64,000 nucleotides of DNA from Utricularia gibba. Lineage: Eukaryota > Plantae > Magnoliophyta. This document shows positions 24,995 through 39,556 of the stretch, piece by piece. The stretch is from positions 124,001-188,000 of the forward strand of contig NEEC01000015.1 in assembly GCA_002189035.1 (NCBI GenBank), given 5' to 3'. Positions within the stretch are counted from its first letter, which is position 1. Each line of letters opens with the position of its first letter. The notes under the pieces are model-generated. The model was not told the DNA's origin and ran no database searches. It saw only the letters and a program-made list of their open reading frames with translations. The position numbers were made by a program, and so were the translations under genes.

Positions 24995-27074
24995 TTACAG
25001 GACAACAGAGAACACCTTGGTCAGTATCCACGTGTAGATCACTGCGAAGAAAGCACCCACGGGGATGGTGACGACCCAAGAAGTAACTATCTGTTTCACC
25101 GTCTCCGCCCTCACACTGTTCAGCCCTCTAGCGAACCCAACTCCCATTACAGCTCCCACCAGAGTGTGAGTCGCCGAGATCGGAAGCCCGAGCTTGGAAG
25201 CGCAAAGGACGACGGAGGCGGCTGCAAACTCCGCCGCGAATCCTCTCGTCGGCGTCAGCTCTGTGATCTTCTTCCCTATTGTGGAAATGACTCGATACCC
25301 CCACATCATGACTCCTGCCACAATCCCGAATGCGCCCCATGCCAATACATCATTAGGGATCAAAATCACGCCTCCACTTATTCCATTATGAAGGATCGAC
25401 AGAGCAGCAGCCAGAGGACCGATAGCATTCGAAACATCGTTCCCTCCATGAGCAAATGACATGAAGCAGGCGGACACGACTTGCATATACCCGAACACGC
25501 CGTACACTATTTCCAGCTGAGTGCCGGTAGGACCGGCTACTTTTGACAAGAAGCCCACGTTCTTTGATGAAGCACTTTCTGCTGGTTTAGGTTCTGCTTC
25601 CTCGTTGAGGAGGTGACCCAGCTGCTTGCGGATGATCCGGTAGATCAGAAAAGCTCCCGCAGCACCGCATAGGACTGCCTGAACAAGAGCTACGGGGAGG
25701 CTCTTGCTAAGAGGGAATGCTGCGAAGGAAACCCCGGCTACACCTAAAAAGACAGCGATTGGTCCGACTGCAGCTGCCGCCTTACCAGGATTTGGAGCGC
25801 TGTATACAAACTGTAAGTAGTGATGGTGGTTACACGCTTATTGAATTGAGCATGATGCATCTTACTTAACAATTTCGGGAAGGAAAGCAACATACCCTGC
25901 GGATGCATTTATACACAATGAAAGAAGCCAGGGCGCCTATGACAGGAGAAACCGCCCATGATAATGTCACTTTTGCAAGTGAGCTCCAAAAGACAGCTCC
26001 AGGTCCTCCATAAACCATTGCAAACCCAACCATCGATCCCACAATGCAATGCGTGGTCGACACTGGCCATCCGTAATAGGAAGCAACCTGATAAGCAAAT
26101 GAAGAAACTTGAACAAGTTGGACATTCTCTATAAAGGAGTTTCAAAGTTATGCTTGTGAATAAAGAGACCGCAAGAACTAAATCTGTCATTGTTGTAATA
26201 TGCTCAAAGCCAGCACCGTGTAGCTTTATGGAGCTCAGCCGAAATTAATAAACCACATGAGTCACTGAATTCATCCAACTTCTGTGCTGAAATTAAAGTG
26301 GAATCACTCCAAAACACTCCCCTAGCGCTGTTCTTATGCATAATTCATAATACAAGAACGACTTACCTGCAACCATGTGCCAGCAGCTGCCAAAGAAGAT
26401 AGCAAACCAGCAAAAAGCAGAGTATCCTTCCCCTGAAAAACACTTGTAAGAAGAATCCCTTTCTGCATTGTGCTCGTGACATGAGTGCCCATCAGCAGCG
26501 CGCCGGAAGACTCCAAAACCGCCGCCAACATAACAGCCTGCCGAAGAGTCAAAGCCCCAGAACCAACGGAAGTTCCCATAGCATTAGCCACATCATTAGC
26601 CCCTATATTCCAAGCCATGTAGAAACCAAACAAAAGGGTGGCATAAGATAGAATTTTGGTCTTGAGCGGCAGCCCCTGACCCAAAGAAGTCATGAACAAA
26701 GGGCAAACGAGCGCAGAAACTGCTATAACCACGGATATGGCAAAAGCTGTGCGCGGAGAAATGTTGAATGCCTGCGCCATTCCTGGAGCTTCATCGACTG
26801 CTTTGGAGTTCCCTTGATGATGGGTATGCTCTTTTGGCGAGACAGCCGCCTCTTCCATATGTTCCCCTTCTGATTCAGCAAAAGAGGATAAGCTAGCGAA
26901 AGACCGTGAAAACCCATTGATCCAAAGCCTTGGAAATGATCTGGGAATAGATTCTTGATGCTTGAAATAGAAGATTTCATTCCCGGGGTGTGAAGACGAC
27001 GTGCAAGATTGAAGCTTTGGGATATGGTATAGAGAAGCACTTCTAGTAGAAGACAAACCGTACAATGAATTCAT
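24995..27074 (-). CDS. PHT2;1: Chloroplast inorganic phosphate transporter 2-1 (PiT/PHO4 family), 3 exons
   Basis: Exons 27074-26367, 26087-25896 and 25810-24995 are in frame. Transit-peptide-like N-terminus; PiT signatures [34 protein letters not shown] and [11 protein letters not shown]. Confidence 0.96.
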
Positions 27075-29399
27075 AGCTCACTTGAAGAAACCAGACGATG
27101 AGACACTGGGAAGAAGGCGCAACAACGTCAAGAATTATTCGACTGGTACCCGCCCATGGAAAGCGTAGAAGTTGGGTTGCTGGAATTAAGATTTTGCCCT
27201 TTTTTGGATTTCGAACGAGTGGTGGGAAGATGATGATCATTCGGGTCGAGCAAGTGGCAACATTATCCAAACTCTTCTACCGGTTTTACACGAACCACCA
27301 CATTACAAAATCTGCTTTGGAAAACAAGATTGATTTAGTAATAGCTCCCAAGTTTGAATTTCCCAACTAATTTACATGCACAATCGGCTAACAAAAATCA
27401 AAATCCACTGGATGAAGATGATCCTTCCTACCTAATTGAATTGCGAAACCAGTTCGGGTTGCAAAGCCCAAACTCCAACTAGGCTGTTTAAAGCCCAATA
27501 GGTTGCTGCGGTGGTGTTATGTCGATTTCTGTGGGCCAAGCCCAGCAACGTTCAAAGTTCAAACAAGATGTTTACAGGAGCCTTCAATGAGGTGGCGCAG
27601 GCTTGTACTTGGTGGTAGGGGAGGGGAGGGAATACATACATGAACGTGGCGTAGGCGTAGGTGTAGGCGTAGCGAAGTCGTAGGCGTAGGCTATAATTTC
27701 CCCTGCGCCATGTGTGTAATAAAGCCAAGACAAATAGTCATTTCCTCGTTCACGCTTGTCTCGTCTTCCTCACGACATTTCTCTGCACCTCTCTATTTAT
27801 CGTCTCGGTGTTAATTATAAAATTAAATACAATAATAACAAAATTCGCTGCATCCCTCCCCTCGTCTTGATTGTGTATCGGACTGTCTTTGTGAATCTAT
27901 TTTTTTCATTTAAACGAATAAAAATATGGAAATTGTTGTTCGTTTTTTAATCACCGTCGGCGTCAGGTAATTTTGATGTCATTTCTAGAGCGCCGCTCTG
28001 GGTTGCCGGCATACCGCAACAACAGACGACTCCATCTCTAATGCCGTTGGCTGCGCATGCGACGCTGTGTCGACAAAGACGAACGGAGATTCCTCTCCTC
28101 TCTTGGTAGCGTGTGTGGGTGGGTATGTGAAACCTGATTACTGACACGAAGTCTAGTCAACCGTTCGTCGGTCGCACGGGGGGCAAGCCGCAATCTGGAG
28201 CCTGAGCGTATGGCAGCAGCAGGCCTTCTGGGTGTCCCTCCCCGGAAGAAAACGATTCTACTCGCAGATAACACACAACGGCTTCGAATTAAATTGTTTT
28301 ACACCCTAAACAATTGTTTTTTTCCCCATTCAATTGTAACTGCAATTCCTGAATTGAAATTCACATCTCTGGCTCTTGTACAGCAACTTCCGCTCCAACA
28401 TTTAACGCATCACTCCGACATCGTATCGTTGGGCATGCCTTGCCGCATCAAGTTTCTCTGTTCATCTTCGAATCTGCCGCTAGCTCAAAGATTCCCTCCT
28501 GTGTTTTCTGCATGCATTTTTTTATACACTATATATATATATTTGTTTTTTTTTTATGAATCCACTGCGGGTTTGTTGGTGCTGTGATAGGACCCATCCA
28601 CTCATATAAACATCACTGCAGCACGTGTTCAAATTCGCCGCTGTTCCCATTTCAAATGCCACCAGAGAGAGTCGAAATGGTGAACACATCCATCTCCATG
28701 GGAAAAAAATGAAGGAAGCAACTGGAGCATATGCGCTGAAGTAAATGTTACCTCTCCATGGGTCAACGACATAATCTTTTTAGTTTTCATTGTTCACTCA
28801 AGCCCAAATATGGACAAAGTTCTGCATTTCTGAGTGCCACCCCCTTGTCATAGAATCGGATACTCAACCGTCCAAGTAACATATAACAATTTTCTACGCC
28901 CACAGTAGAAATGAAATTACAGTATCCGACAAGGTTTTAATAGAAACACAGATCGGGGGGCTTGGCAGGGCGATGGATCAAGCTATGTGCACACTTCCCG
29001 TGTGAAAGCTGAACCCCCCCATAACTTCACACGCCTTGGAGCCTTGGATTTTTGTGGTTTGAGGACCGCCCTGCCCCATGCCCCTCCCCCTCCCCTCCCT
29101 CTATTAATAACGTTTCCACACTAAAATGTAATCAATCCTCCCTTACATCATCGCAGGACTGCAAAAATTTCAAGGGAACGCGCATCACGTTGCATCCCAG
29201 GACCAATATGCAATTATTAAATGATGCGTTCGAGGTCCTAATTTCATTACAAATCCAGCATGTAAGAAAGGTAGGCGATCATGCCCACCACTAAAACCGA
29301 CGGACGCGACCCCAAAAACTAAAAAAAGAATTGAAAAAGTTGTACCCGTCCCGAACAGGATCTCACTATTCTCGCTAAAATCTAATTAGCCTTTCTTGT

Positions 29400-29419
29400 C
29401 CCCCCCCCCCCCCCCCCCC
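29400..29419. repeat. C20 homopolymer
   Basis: Counted directly. Confidence 0.9.
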
Positions 29420-31593
29420 ATCGTAGTCGGTTGGTTTTCTTTTAATTTCGTTGATTAGGAGCATGCTGTATTGTGTACGCGGCCGGCGTCAGATACTGAC
29501 ATGTGCGTTATATTACCTTCAATTTTTTAATATTTTTTAAAAAAAAAATGAAAAATTGAAGCGTTCAGCAATTTGGCTGTCCTTCCCTAGCTTGCTTGTC
29601 AACGCCTCGTTTCACATTATCATTTTAATAAATGTTTTACATCAAGAAAAATAGAGATCCCTTGGGATTAGTTTCAGTTAATGATTGTTAAGGGACGTGA
29701 TAACTCATAGTTCAATAATGCCACGAGTAGGGGGAGTTAGTTATGTGGAGCAACCAACCCAATCCCAAAGTTAATCATTGATGCGATGCCCTACCCAAAG
29801 TCAAATCCCAAGATCCGAATTCGGATTCTCTCCGATATCTTCCTTTCATGAGATTGGTTCGTTCAGCTTGTCCGTATACCCCCTCCCTAATCAAGTCCCA
29901 AGTGTGGGTGCATTAACCCCGCATGGACCCATTGGGGATCCACATAGAGAAAGACGGAAATGCCCCCTCTACTGTTTGGTAAACCAACGAACCAACCATT
30001 GGGCTGGGGCATCAGATGTGGAGCAGGCGCCACCAGGGGAACTCCCTCCACTGATGATCCTCTTCGAAATCCGCAGCGAGGAGTTAATTACTCACCGCGT
30101 GTGAACTCGCGGAATCAAGCACTCGAACGCGTGGGAGCAGCAACGAACCGAACCTGCTGGGACTCTTCCTTCCTGCTCCTGCTCCTGCTCCTGATGGAAC
30201 GCGGCATGACATCTCCGTGAGCCCAACAGACTCATTTGATGTGATGGAACAAACTGGGTGTTGTTGTAAGAGAGGAGTCGCGTGGAATGGTATTGGGCGT
30301 CATTTTCTCTCAAACTAAAAGATATCATCATTCTACTCTTTGGAAAAAAAAAAGATTGAAGTGCTGCTATCCATGGTAGAGATGGGCTAGAAGAAGACAA
30401 ATAAATATGTGTGATATGACCGCTGGGATAGGATGTTTGGTCCAAAGATCGGTTAGAGAAATCCAAAGCAAGGACGCCTCGCCTCCCCTTTTATTTTCAA
30501 CATCTCTCACTTAGTTCTTTGGTTACAAAATTTTCCCTTGTGCAAACAACTAGCGCCCAGGCACACAAACATAGTGCTGCTATGGAACTGGACAGGTTAA
30601 TCTGTGTCTTGACAATTGAAATAAATTGATTAGTTACTCCGCTGTTTATCAGAGCCCATCATACCTTGAATTCCTAATTCCAAAATCGCGAATGAGAGCG
30701 GGGTGACAAGAAGGGAACAAACGATCCGGCGAAGCGAGAGAGAGAATGAGACAAGATCTGAGCGCCGCCAGTGTAATGATGATGATATGTAATCCCTTGG
30801 AAATCGGGACAAAGATTGAAAAAATTGCACTTGCAAAATCTATCCGGCCTGCCCGAAAATCCCGTTTCTTTCACTTCATGCTGGGGATTGCGACATTCTG
30901 AGGCCGACCTCTCCCCCGTTTTCTCTCCGGTAACAACTTCTTCCAGGACGTTCAGATGCAGCGCGAGAGGATCTGCCCAAGTCGAACAACCTTCCTTAAG
31001 ACAATGCACAATATTTGAAATCCAAATAATCAAATGAGGTTGGAATTTAGACTGAGGAGGCTGGTAACAATACCATGCCTTCAATAAACCAGCCCAAGCT
31101 CGAATTTTCTTGGAAATAGTCGATGGCCATTACTACTGCCCACTTGCTTTTTCCTCGCTGTCAATCGCCCAGATTTACTTCCCCCAGCAATTCAATTCAA
31201 ATGAAAACAATCATCCAGCGTGGTGTGGTGTAGTGAACCAAGCCCCATCCCCCTTCCTAATAGTCTACTCTTTCATCATTAATTAAGTACTGTGTGTAGT
31301 GTTTGTTAAATGGTCATTAGTTCTGAAATCAGCAATGTGTAGTTTATATTTCTTTTGTAGCCATCAGGCGCTGTACAGTAAAGCAGCGTACGTGGCGGAG
31401 AAATAAATAATAAATGCCACGTTAAAATAATATGGCAATTGGCTAGAGAGAGGGAGGGAGGTCTCTGGTTACGAATCGGCCTCCCCTCCTCCCTATAAGT
31501 ATCCATGAGCCCCCAACATTCATCAAACGAATCCTTCTCGCCAACCATTCCTGGTTCCTAGTTTTCTTCGCCTCTACAAAACAACCTTGTGTT

Positions 31594-32604
31594 ATGGAGG
31601 AAGCGCTGCGAAGGCTCAACGACACGCTTCTTCCTTCGACCGACCCCGGGCTCCCGAGGCGCTGCGGCGCCATCAAGCGCACACTTAAGGACGCCACCGG
31701 CGCCGGCAGCGCTGGCGGCGGAGGGGGGACCATGAGATATCGAGGCGTGCGCCGCCGTCCATGGGGCCGCTATGCGGCGGAGATTCGAGATCCACAATCG
31801 AAGGAGCGGCGGTGGCTCGGGACCTTCGATACGGCGGAGGAAGCCGCGTGTGCTTACGACTGCGCGGCACGTGCCATGCGTGGTGTGAAAGCTAGGACTA
31901 ATTTCGTTTATCCCAATTCGCCGACGAATCATGCCGGAGAAAATCTCGTACATCCGTTTGGCTTCGGGAAGCCTGGGTCTCAGTCGTCGATTCTGGGGTC
32001 CCGTCATCATACCCCCGTATCCCCTGATCTCGACCCCACCACTAGGCCGTCGTTTCGATCAACAGCAACTGCCCATAACGCTTCAAATTCCCTCAACTTG
32101 CTCTTCCTCAGAGACTACGTGAACAACTCCTGTTATTCTTCTAGTTCAAAACTTTCCCAACCCAGCTTCATTCAGCCCTTTGAGCAGCAGCCATTCGATT
32201 CTCCATGCACCCCCATTTCTCAAAGCCAAAAGGGGCAGCTACTTTCCGACGATCAAACCGAATCCGCCATGGATTCTGACATTTCCGGTTCTGGGCTCTT
32301 ACAGGAAGTGCTCAAAGGTTTTTTCCCAAAGCCCAAAACGGAGGAGCAACCGCCGCCTTCTGCCGCGCCGGTTCTTTTATCCGACAACCGCTGGAGTCAG
32401 GAGGATTCTGGCAGGGACGATTATCTGGTCTCACCTGTGGATCATTTCGGATTTTACCCGCCATTCGATAACTGGGATTTGGGCAATTTCCTCCTTCAAG
32501 ATTCCCCTTCAACAGCGGCTCCAGTTTCAAATGGCTTCTTGGGAGATATATTTCATTATCAAGAAGCGCTTAATGTATTCTCAGCAAGCGTTCAAAACGT
32601 TTGA
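31594..32604 (+). CDS. AP2/ERF transcription factor of the ESR1/DORNROSCHEN-ESR2/DRNL group, intronless
   Basis: AP2 domain [71 protein letters not shown] and the C-terminal motif fit the ESR subgroup. Confidence 0.92.
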   Translation: MEEALRRLNDTLLPSTDPGLPRRCGAIKRTLKDATGAGSAGGGGGTMRYRGVRRRPWGRYAAEIRDPQSKERRWLGTFDTAEEAACAYDCAARAMRGVKARTNFVYPNSPTNHAGENLVHPFGFGKPGSQSSILGSRHHTPVSPDLDPTTRPSFRSTATAHNASNSLNLLFLRDYVNNSCYSSSSKLSQPSFIQPFEQQPFDSPCTPISQSQKGQLLSDDQTESAMDSDISGSGLLQEVLKGFFPKPKTEEQPPPSAAPVLLSDNRWSQEDSGRDDYLVSPVDHFGFYPPFDNWDLGNFLLQDSPSTAAPVSNGFLGDIFHYQEALNVFSASVQNV

Positions 32605-35600
32605 GAGAGGAGGAGGGGACTAGGGGTGGGGGGTAGCCCAGGAAAAACCTTGGGTTTTTCTTTGTACTAATGTTTCTGATGACGTTGTCTTAACATAGCC
32701 TTAAAAAAAGTAGTCTTTTGAGGGGCTATTCCTAATTTTCCACTCCGTAATTTCGATCCGCACTGCTTCAATCCCTTTTGATGTTCCGTTTCTGGCTCTT
32801 TGGTTCCTATGCTTTCCACCCAGCTCGCAGGCAACGCCAGCTCCCCTTTCCTTGATTCAGCCCCATTATGCAACACTTTGTATCGTACGGACCATCCAAA
32901 TTATTTTGCTTATCCCGACTCGACTCCCTCTTCAGAAGTTCAATCAAGAAAAAGCAAAAAGACGATCAAGAGATGCCAGCGTGGCTCCTTTTCGTGAGTA
33001 AAAACGACAAGACATGAAGGTTAAATCATAAATCCTGAGTCGTAAATGGGATGTGACAATTGACAAGGTAAAATATGTGTCTTTGGTGGATCGATCTTTA
33101 ATCCCACACATTTTTATTTCGTTGAGAGCCCTGGCGAACAGCGTATAAAATTCTGCAGCTTTTTCGTATCATTGTGAAGTGTCCGTAAAATATCCGGATA
33201 TGTATTAAAAATACGTAAAACTTCTTGGATGAATAGGAATGAGCATGGGATGTTTCTGACAAATATTTATCATCGCCAAGGTTAACGTTGAAAATTTCGG
33301 AAATACAAACACGGAGTTTCGCTTTTTAGGGTGGGCAGAACATTAACTGCGAGGCGGTTCACACCTTAAATTCAATGAATGCGAGGAGGGGATTCCTGGA
33401 TACTTGTTCCATGTTTCGGACATTTAAATACAAAAATATCAAGCATCGCGATGCATGGTAAGAACAGTTTGTGTGTATCAGATACATCCATCTTCTGGTA
33501 AGGTTTCTGATTTGGTGGTGTGTTAAACAGCAGCACTTGCAAATGACTACTAGATTAAGTTTTCATAATGTAAAATTTGATTGAAAACTTGGAGTAGATT
33601 ATATAGCCCTCTGTTTGTCGAATGGAGTTTTCTTGATTGGCGGATGATCGCGCCTGGTAGTTCCACGACACAGCCATGATTCTAGGTAGAGGTGAAGGCT
33701 CCTGTGTGTGTGTGTGTGTGTGTCTATCCCCCATCAATGCAAATGATGTTCTTTCAATTTATGGAAATAATATAACGTGCATGATTTCGTTAGCATATTC
33801 CTCTCTATTCATCTGCATCGGGTGCCTGTTGTCATTCTGGGCACTTGTCCTTTGTGTTCATGATACTTACATGGCGATCGATAAGCGCCTTTCCTACGCG
33901 ATGCCTATGTCTTTCGTATGATCGACGTCCAATCCCATGTGGGATCCCGATTCGGAATTCGTGTTGTCTTGCGGCATCCTCTCCACCTGTCGATAGCTGT
34001 GCCAATGAAAACAGAAGTTAATAATCGACCCAACACAGACACACACCTTAGTTTTACCAACCCGTCGCTGTTTCCATGAACGTGATAGCGTTGGGAGTAA
34101 GTGGTGAACCGGATTCTCCAGCGAGCAAGCAAGCAACGGGTGGACCGGTTTGAGTTTGAGGGATCTAAACCCTGGCTATCCAAGTGCGTGCAGCAGTGAG
34201 CAGGGTTCGGGGTTGGGGTCCACGAGGCCCATGAACCACGTAAGCAGAGGATCATGCCTCCCGCACGAGCCCGGCCCCGAGCACCGGCATCCATTGAATG
34301 AATGATTTCATTATTGATGCCCCATTATTCTCAATAACTGACCTGTCCTTAACTTATCCCTTTGTTAGACAATCATGCACGCGTTTATGCCACTGTTTGT
34401 CACATGGGCCTGGGCGTGCTACATCTATCTAGCTATTTGTTTTTATATTTTTCTATTTGAATGAGTAAATGGTGAATTATTATGGGAGTCCCCTTACTCA
34501 CATCTCCCACTCAATCCATTTACCCTTTGCATTAATGCCTCTCATCGACCCGACCTCCAATTCTTTTCTGGCCATTGACTTCATCTGGGGCGACGCTGGG
34601 TTGGAAACCCAATTGCACAAAATAGTTTCGAGCCGCTGCTCCGCCCCGGAATCCCCACACTTGTACACCATAGCATCAGCGAGGTGGATCAGGGAATTCC
34701 AAACAAATATCATCACGCACGTTCTTCTTTCCTACATCATTCATTAATGGGAACATTATACTGCCTAGTGGAAAATGACGAGAGAAGGAAGAAAGTATAG
34801 TGGTGGAGTCACATCCATGGCCTTTAGCTTGCCCCTATCACCACCGGAATCAAGTCATGGCTCCAGGGCTCCTGGACCATAGGATGAGATGGATAGATGC
34901 TAAAGCTTTTGACTTGAGTTAGGCATGAGGTTAGGTTACAACCTTTGATCCTTCCAGTGTTGGATGTAGTAGCAGTAGGTTGCTGATATGGCTCTGTGCT
35001 GACCCTATCAAGTGGTTTTTTTACACGCCAAGTTTAGACGGCTCGAATGTATTTTATTTATTTATTTAATTATTATTGCATGAAGATGATTATTTTTATA
35101 TAAATTTTTGAAATTGAGTGCGTGCCTTAAATGTGAACTGCATGAGCATCTATTATTCTCAATATTTAATATACAACAAAATAAAAAGAGACAAATGAAT
35201 GTGGAAATTAAAATGAAGGCATCCGAATAATTATTTTCAGATATAATAACCAATGCACAGTTGTCTGGTCGGGCCCCGGCCCGTTATGTGGCCCAGCTCC
35301 ATTAAACGGCATCATTTAATGAAAAATTAAAAAAAGATTCTCCCAAATAAAATAAGGATTGACGTTTGAATTTGGAAGTCAAACACGCCTTGCCTTTTGT
35401 TCCACATTTCATAGGCGTTCAAAAATATAGCACTTTGGCTTGGTACGGGCACACCAGCCCTAAAGTTGATGTGTCCTAAAAATAATATCAATGACATAAT
35501 TATAATTTATCGTCATTGGCATCCATCGGACCATCTCTGAAAGAATTACAATGATGTTCTGATATTAAAATTTTCAATTATTTAGTTATATTAAAATAAA

Positions 35601-36224
35601 AAATATATATTCCAAATTTATAGTAATAATATATATACATATCAATTTTTTTTGCCAGCTCAATATAGTTGTCACCAATCCCGCTATGATAAAATAACTT
35701 TCATAATTGAAACCAGTTCAGTAGTTTATTTTATGAATTTGATCGAATTTATTGAATTATATAATGAAATTTAAACAGTTTTTTGAAATTGATATTTCCA
35801 AAGACGAAGGCAATCTGTTTGCTACGTTTTTAAACGTCAATGCAATGGGCATGTTATCCATCTATTTTAGCATCTTCTGTTAGGTTTAGCCTTTGCTCAA
35901 TTATAAATTATAAATGTAATTAATATTAAAAGTAGTCATTAACTAATATTTGGAAAGAACTTTGATGGGCCTGAGAAGCTTTTTGAGCGGTGTTGAGTAG
36001 TGGGCCTGATCCTTACGAAAGCCCAGCGTAGTAGTGGGCGTGTAAAAATATCTGATTGGAATTATCGCGTTTATTGCGTTTGAAATGGATGTTGTTGAAT
36101 GGCGGTCTTGGCGATTCGTCGAAGCGTCTTGGAAGATCCGTTTTCCGGCGTATCTCCTCCAGGATCTGCGGCAGTTCACGTTCCGAGTAATGTTCTTCCG
36201 GTCACCGTGGGCGATTCATTTCAG

Positions 36225-37385
36225 GATTCTCTAATCCGAAGCAGTCTGATCGGTGAGTTGTTTGTGAGACTGACGTATCATCTTGATTTTTCCCTACGAA
36301 ATGTAGCGAATCAAGTGAATTGAGAACTACGATGCGGTATATGGAGCAAGATGTTTTTCATTCCTCTGCCGATAGAATTATTTCGAAATCCTTTTCAGTA
36401 AGCAGTCTAATCGAACTTCTTGGAGACATTTTAGGGGTAACTTTTTTCTACGTTTTGGTTTAGAATTCTAGTGCATGTTTTGTTATTCTTTTCTTGGTTG
36501 TTTCATTTGAAATATAGATCGAACTGTTACAGGCGAGGTGATATTTTAGGTGGAACAATAGGGATGCTCCATGTCTAGAAAGAAGCGGCGTTTATACTCG
36601 TGAAGATCCGGATCAATTCTCGCCGGTACTGCAGATGCAATCGAGGCAGCTATTCTGTTTTTTTTTTTTTTTTGGTCGAATTTCTTTTGTGGTTGACTTA
36701 GGCGTTTCTGCGCAGGGCCGTCGATGAATCTGTGATCGGCGACAGGCGTTTCTTTTTCAGTAAAGGAAACGCGCGTTTTCCGTCACTCTTAGGTCTGCGG
36801 ACGTAATTCATGATCCGCATAATCTTGAAAAACCTGTGGAGTTGCGCTTCTGGCCGATCAGGATAGAAACTTCCATCGCCATTGTATTGAACAATTGCAG
36901 TACGGTAGATACGACCGATTCATTTTCCGACAATATTAGGATGATTGTGCCGTCAGCGGTGGCGTTCTGTGGCGCTACCTGGCACGTCCTCGATCCCGCC
37001 ATTAACAGGTGCTCTGGCCTCTCTCCATTCTTTTCCCAGCATATCCACCATGAGATGCGCTTCTTCTCCCAAGGGAAATGTAATGTGCTCTAATCGTACA
37101 TTTCTACGTTTAGGTAATGAACATTGAAAAAGTAGGCTATGTAGCCCTCGTCCACATCATTAACACTAAATGTCAACATATATGGTTGTTGAATTCTTTC
37201 TGGACTGAGGTATTTTTTCTATTCATTTTTCTGGTTTTTTTTGGTTCTACGAGAGCTTACTTTCGTTTATCGAATGTCTGGTGCTGCGTAATCCAATGAT
37301 GTGAAGGCGCCACAATCAGACGTGACTGTAAATTCACGGCCAATGGTAAGATTTGTTAGTAATATTCACGCAATCTATACTGACT
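36225..37385 (+). repeat. Diverged non-coding locus, copy 2 (paralogous to about 5200-6420)
   Basis: Shared blocks as listed for copy 1. Site II motifs (TGGGCC, GCCCA) at about 35965-36030 upstream. Confidence 0.7.
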
Positions 37386-38806
37386 AAATAATAAACGTCG
37401 TCTGTAACTCCAATTCATTCTAGTTTGGGTGGTGCCTTAGGACTAGAGAGTTAAATGTCAGTACCGTCTTATTGTGCACAGGTTTTTGCGAAGGGAAAGA
37501 TAAACGTCGCACATAGCACTTTCTTGGCACTCTTCAGAGGTTAGTCACACAATCCGCTGAATCTTAACGAGGTAGTATACCAAGTCTAACAATATATTGC
37601 TAGTTCGGTGGTTCAACAAGTTTTCAAAGTTCCCCTAAATGGTATGCTCATTTAGATTCGACTTTCTTGGTAGCCTACTTACATAGTTTCGACTTTCTCC
37701 TGGTTGGGCTGATTTGATTTGGAATTTAGATGGTATGCTCACATAGTTTGTCGCCCCCCCACGATTTGGAGTGTTGACTTCAGTGAAATGAAATGACTTT
37801 GAAATAAATGTTTTAATAAATATTTTTTATTAATTAAAAAAAATTACAGAATGGATTGATTTTATTTAAATATGTGTGTATCGTGGTTGAAGAAGCCATT
37901 TTCCGTGCTTCATTTCATGCCGATCGATTAAACATTTTAGAATGTTTTTATTCTTCATGTGTTTTTTATAAGTCATCTTTAGTTGAAAGGGATCACCTGC
38001 GAATTGGAAAAAAAAATCCAAATAAATAGCGAATTTTTTTTTATATTTACACAATTTTCTTTTAATAACAAAACTTTTAAAAGTTCATTTAGCACTCGCG
38101 TAGACCATGCTGAACAACATCCCGCCCCATAAAGCCCGCGTAGAATTTATGGTTTTCTTTAGGAAAACCATATTGGAATAGTGGAGGGCCATTTAAATAA
38201 ACATATGGAAATACACGACAATGGTAAAACTAAGAGAAACACTGACTCTAACGAGCTAAAAGCCAAATTAATGTTCATTGTCTCTTCGAATTTCAATGCA
38301 ACATCATGAAAATTCAAGAAACACCGAAAAAAACAAGAATTTCACCAATATACCTCAAGCATTACCATTTTCTGACATCTAATAAGCGGAATTCTTTTTC
38401 ACTTTCATGCCTCAGAGCACTCACGCCGAAAAATCAAATACTGCAACTGTGATTATTTTAATACAAGTCTACAAATGCTGACCTTTTCTTCATCTTTCTC
38501 CGCAAGAAACTCGTTCCTTTTCTGGAAGCCTCAAAAGTCGCAGATTCACACGAGATTCCCATACCGGAAAGTGCATGAAAAGCTTCTTTAACTGCTCATT
38601 TATGTAACTGGGAAGTGGGATCACCATTGAAGCATTCAACTCATGAGGATAAATTCAACCTGCAAACGCAGAACGAGTCAGATTTCTTACTGCATACCGT
38701 GCTGTTAGTTCACCAAGCTACGAATTGATCATAAGGGAATCAGATTCCATTCAAGAGCAATGCCTATAAATTCAGATCAAATCACCGAAGACTTCCGCAA
38801 ACACAA

Positions 38807-39055
38807 ATGGAAATGGAGAAAGGCAAGAGGCAGCGGCCTCGTGACGCCTACGAGCTCTACGAGATGGGACACAAGACACACAACTTACAGAAGCCTCGCA
38901 GTGCCAATGAAGGAGGTCTAGCTTCAAATGAAGCTGATGCTGGCAACGAGGACAACATTGATGCTAAGGCTGAGGAGTTCATCAAGAAGGAGCATCAGAA
39001 CTTCAGTATCAGAAGATGGATTTCTGTCAACTTAGGTGGCTGCATCAAATGTTAA
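38807..39055 (+). CDS. Small protein with a DUF761/cotton-fibre-expressed-type C-terminal motif (82 aa)
   Basis: NEDNIDAKAEEFIKK resembles the VDAKAEEFI motif. TATAAAT lies about 40 bp upstream of the ATG. Confidence 0.6.
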   Translation: MEMEKGKRQRPRDAYELYEMGHKTHNLQKPRSANEGGLASNEADAGNEDNIDAKAEEFIKKEHQNFSIRRWISVNLGGCIKC

Positions 39056-39556
39056 AAAGGCAACTATGTAATTGCAGATCATATGATCATGTTTATAGGG
39101 CTAATGAAAACATCTGTTTCTCATTCAATATCCTTTCTTTTAAACAGAACATCCACACACACACACACACACACACACACAATACCAAGGATCGAACTCT
39201 GGTTCGATCGCTCCTCCATGAATAAAATAGCACTAGACATCAACTTCTTGGGATCCAAGTTTGCAGTTTGCTCCACAATGACAAAGGAAGCACACACAAA
39301 ATACTTTTGAGGGTTGAACTCAAGATCTTTTATTCGTTGTTAATAAAAGCCATAAAGCACTAGACTATCGAGTTCTCACCGTTGATAGGTTCTACTTTTG
39401 CTTCACATTGAAAAAAGACAGACCCACAAATATACTACATGCGATCCTTGAACCATGGATTCGCTCATCCATAGCCGTAGACATTCAAAAGTCCCCCTCG
39501 GCTTTCAAGATTTCTCGTTCGCTTCACGCTGAGAATGAACTGCGAAACCATCTCGA

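Noticed and set aside
27646-27692. (GGCGTA)n, plus (GT)n at about 33704, (CA)n at about 39154, (AATAG)n at about 20928 and (GTTA)n at about 49036
   Set aside because: Ordinary microsatellites with no spacer structure; not CRISPR-like or telomeric.
27940-28600. GC-rich stretch with several 66-125-aa ORFs upstream of PHT2;1
   Set aside because: No consistent spliced model or homology could be recognised.
34498-34716. 72-aa minus-strand ORF (…KELEVGSMRGINAKGKWIEWEM)
   Set aside because: No recognisable motif, promoter or splice support.
38430-38640. 58-codon minus-strand ORF (MVIPLPSYINEQLKKLF…) behind a plausible acceptor
   Set aside because: No in-frame upstream exon and no recognisable motif. 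It may be UTR or antisense sequence.
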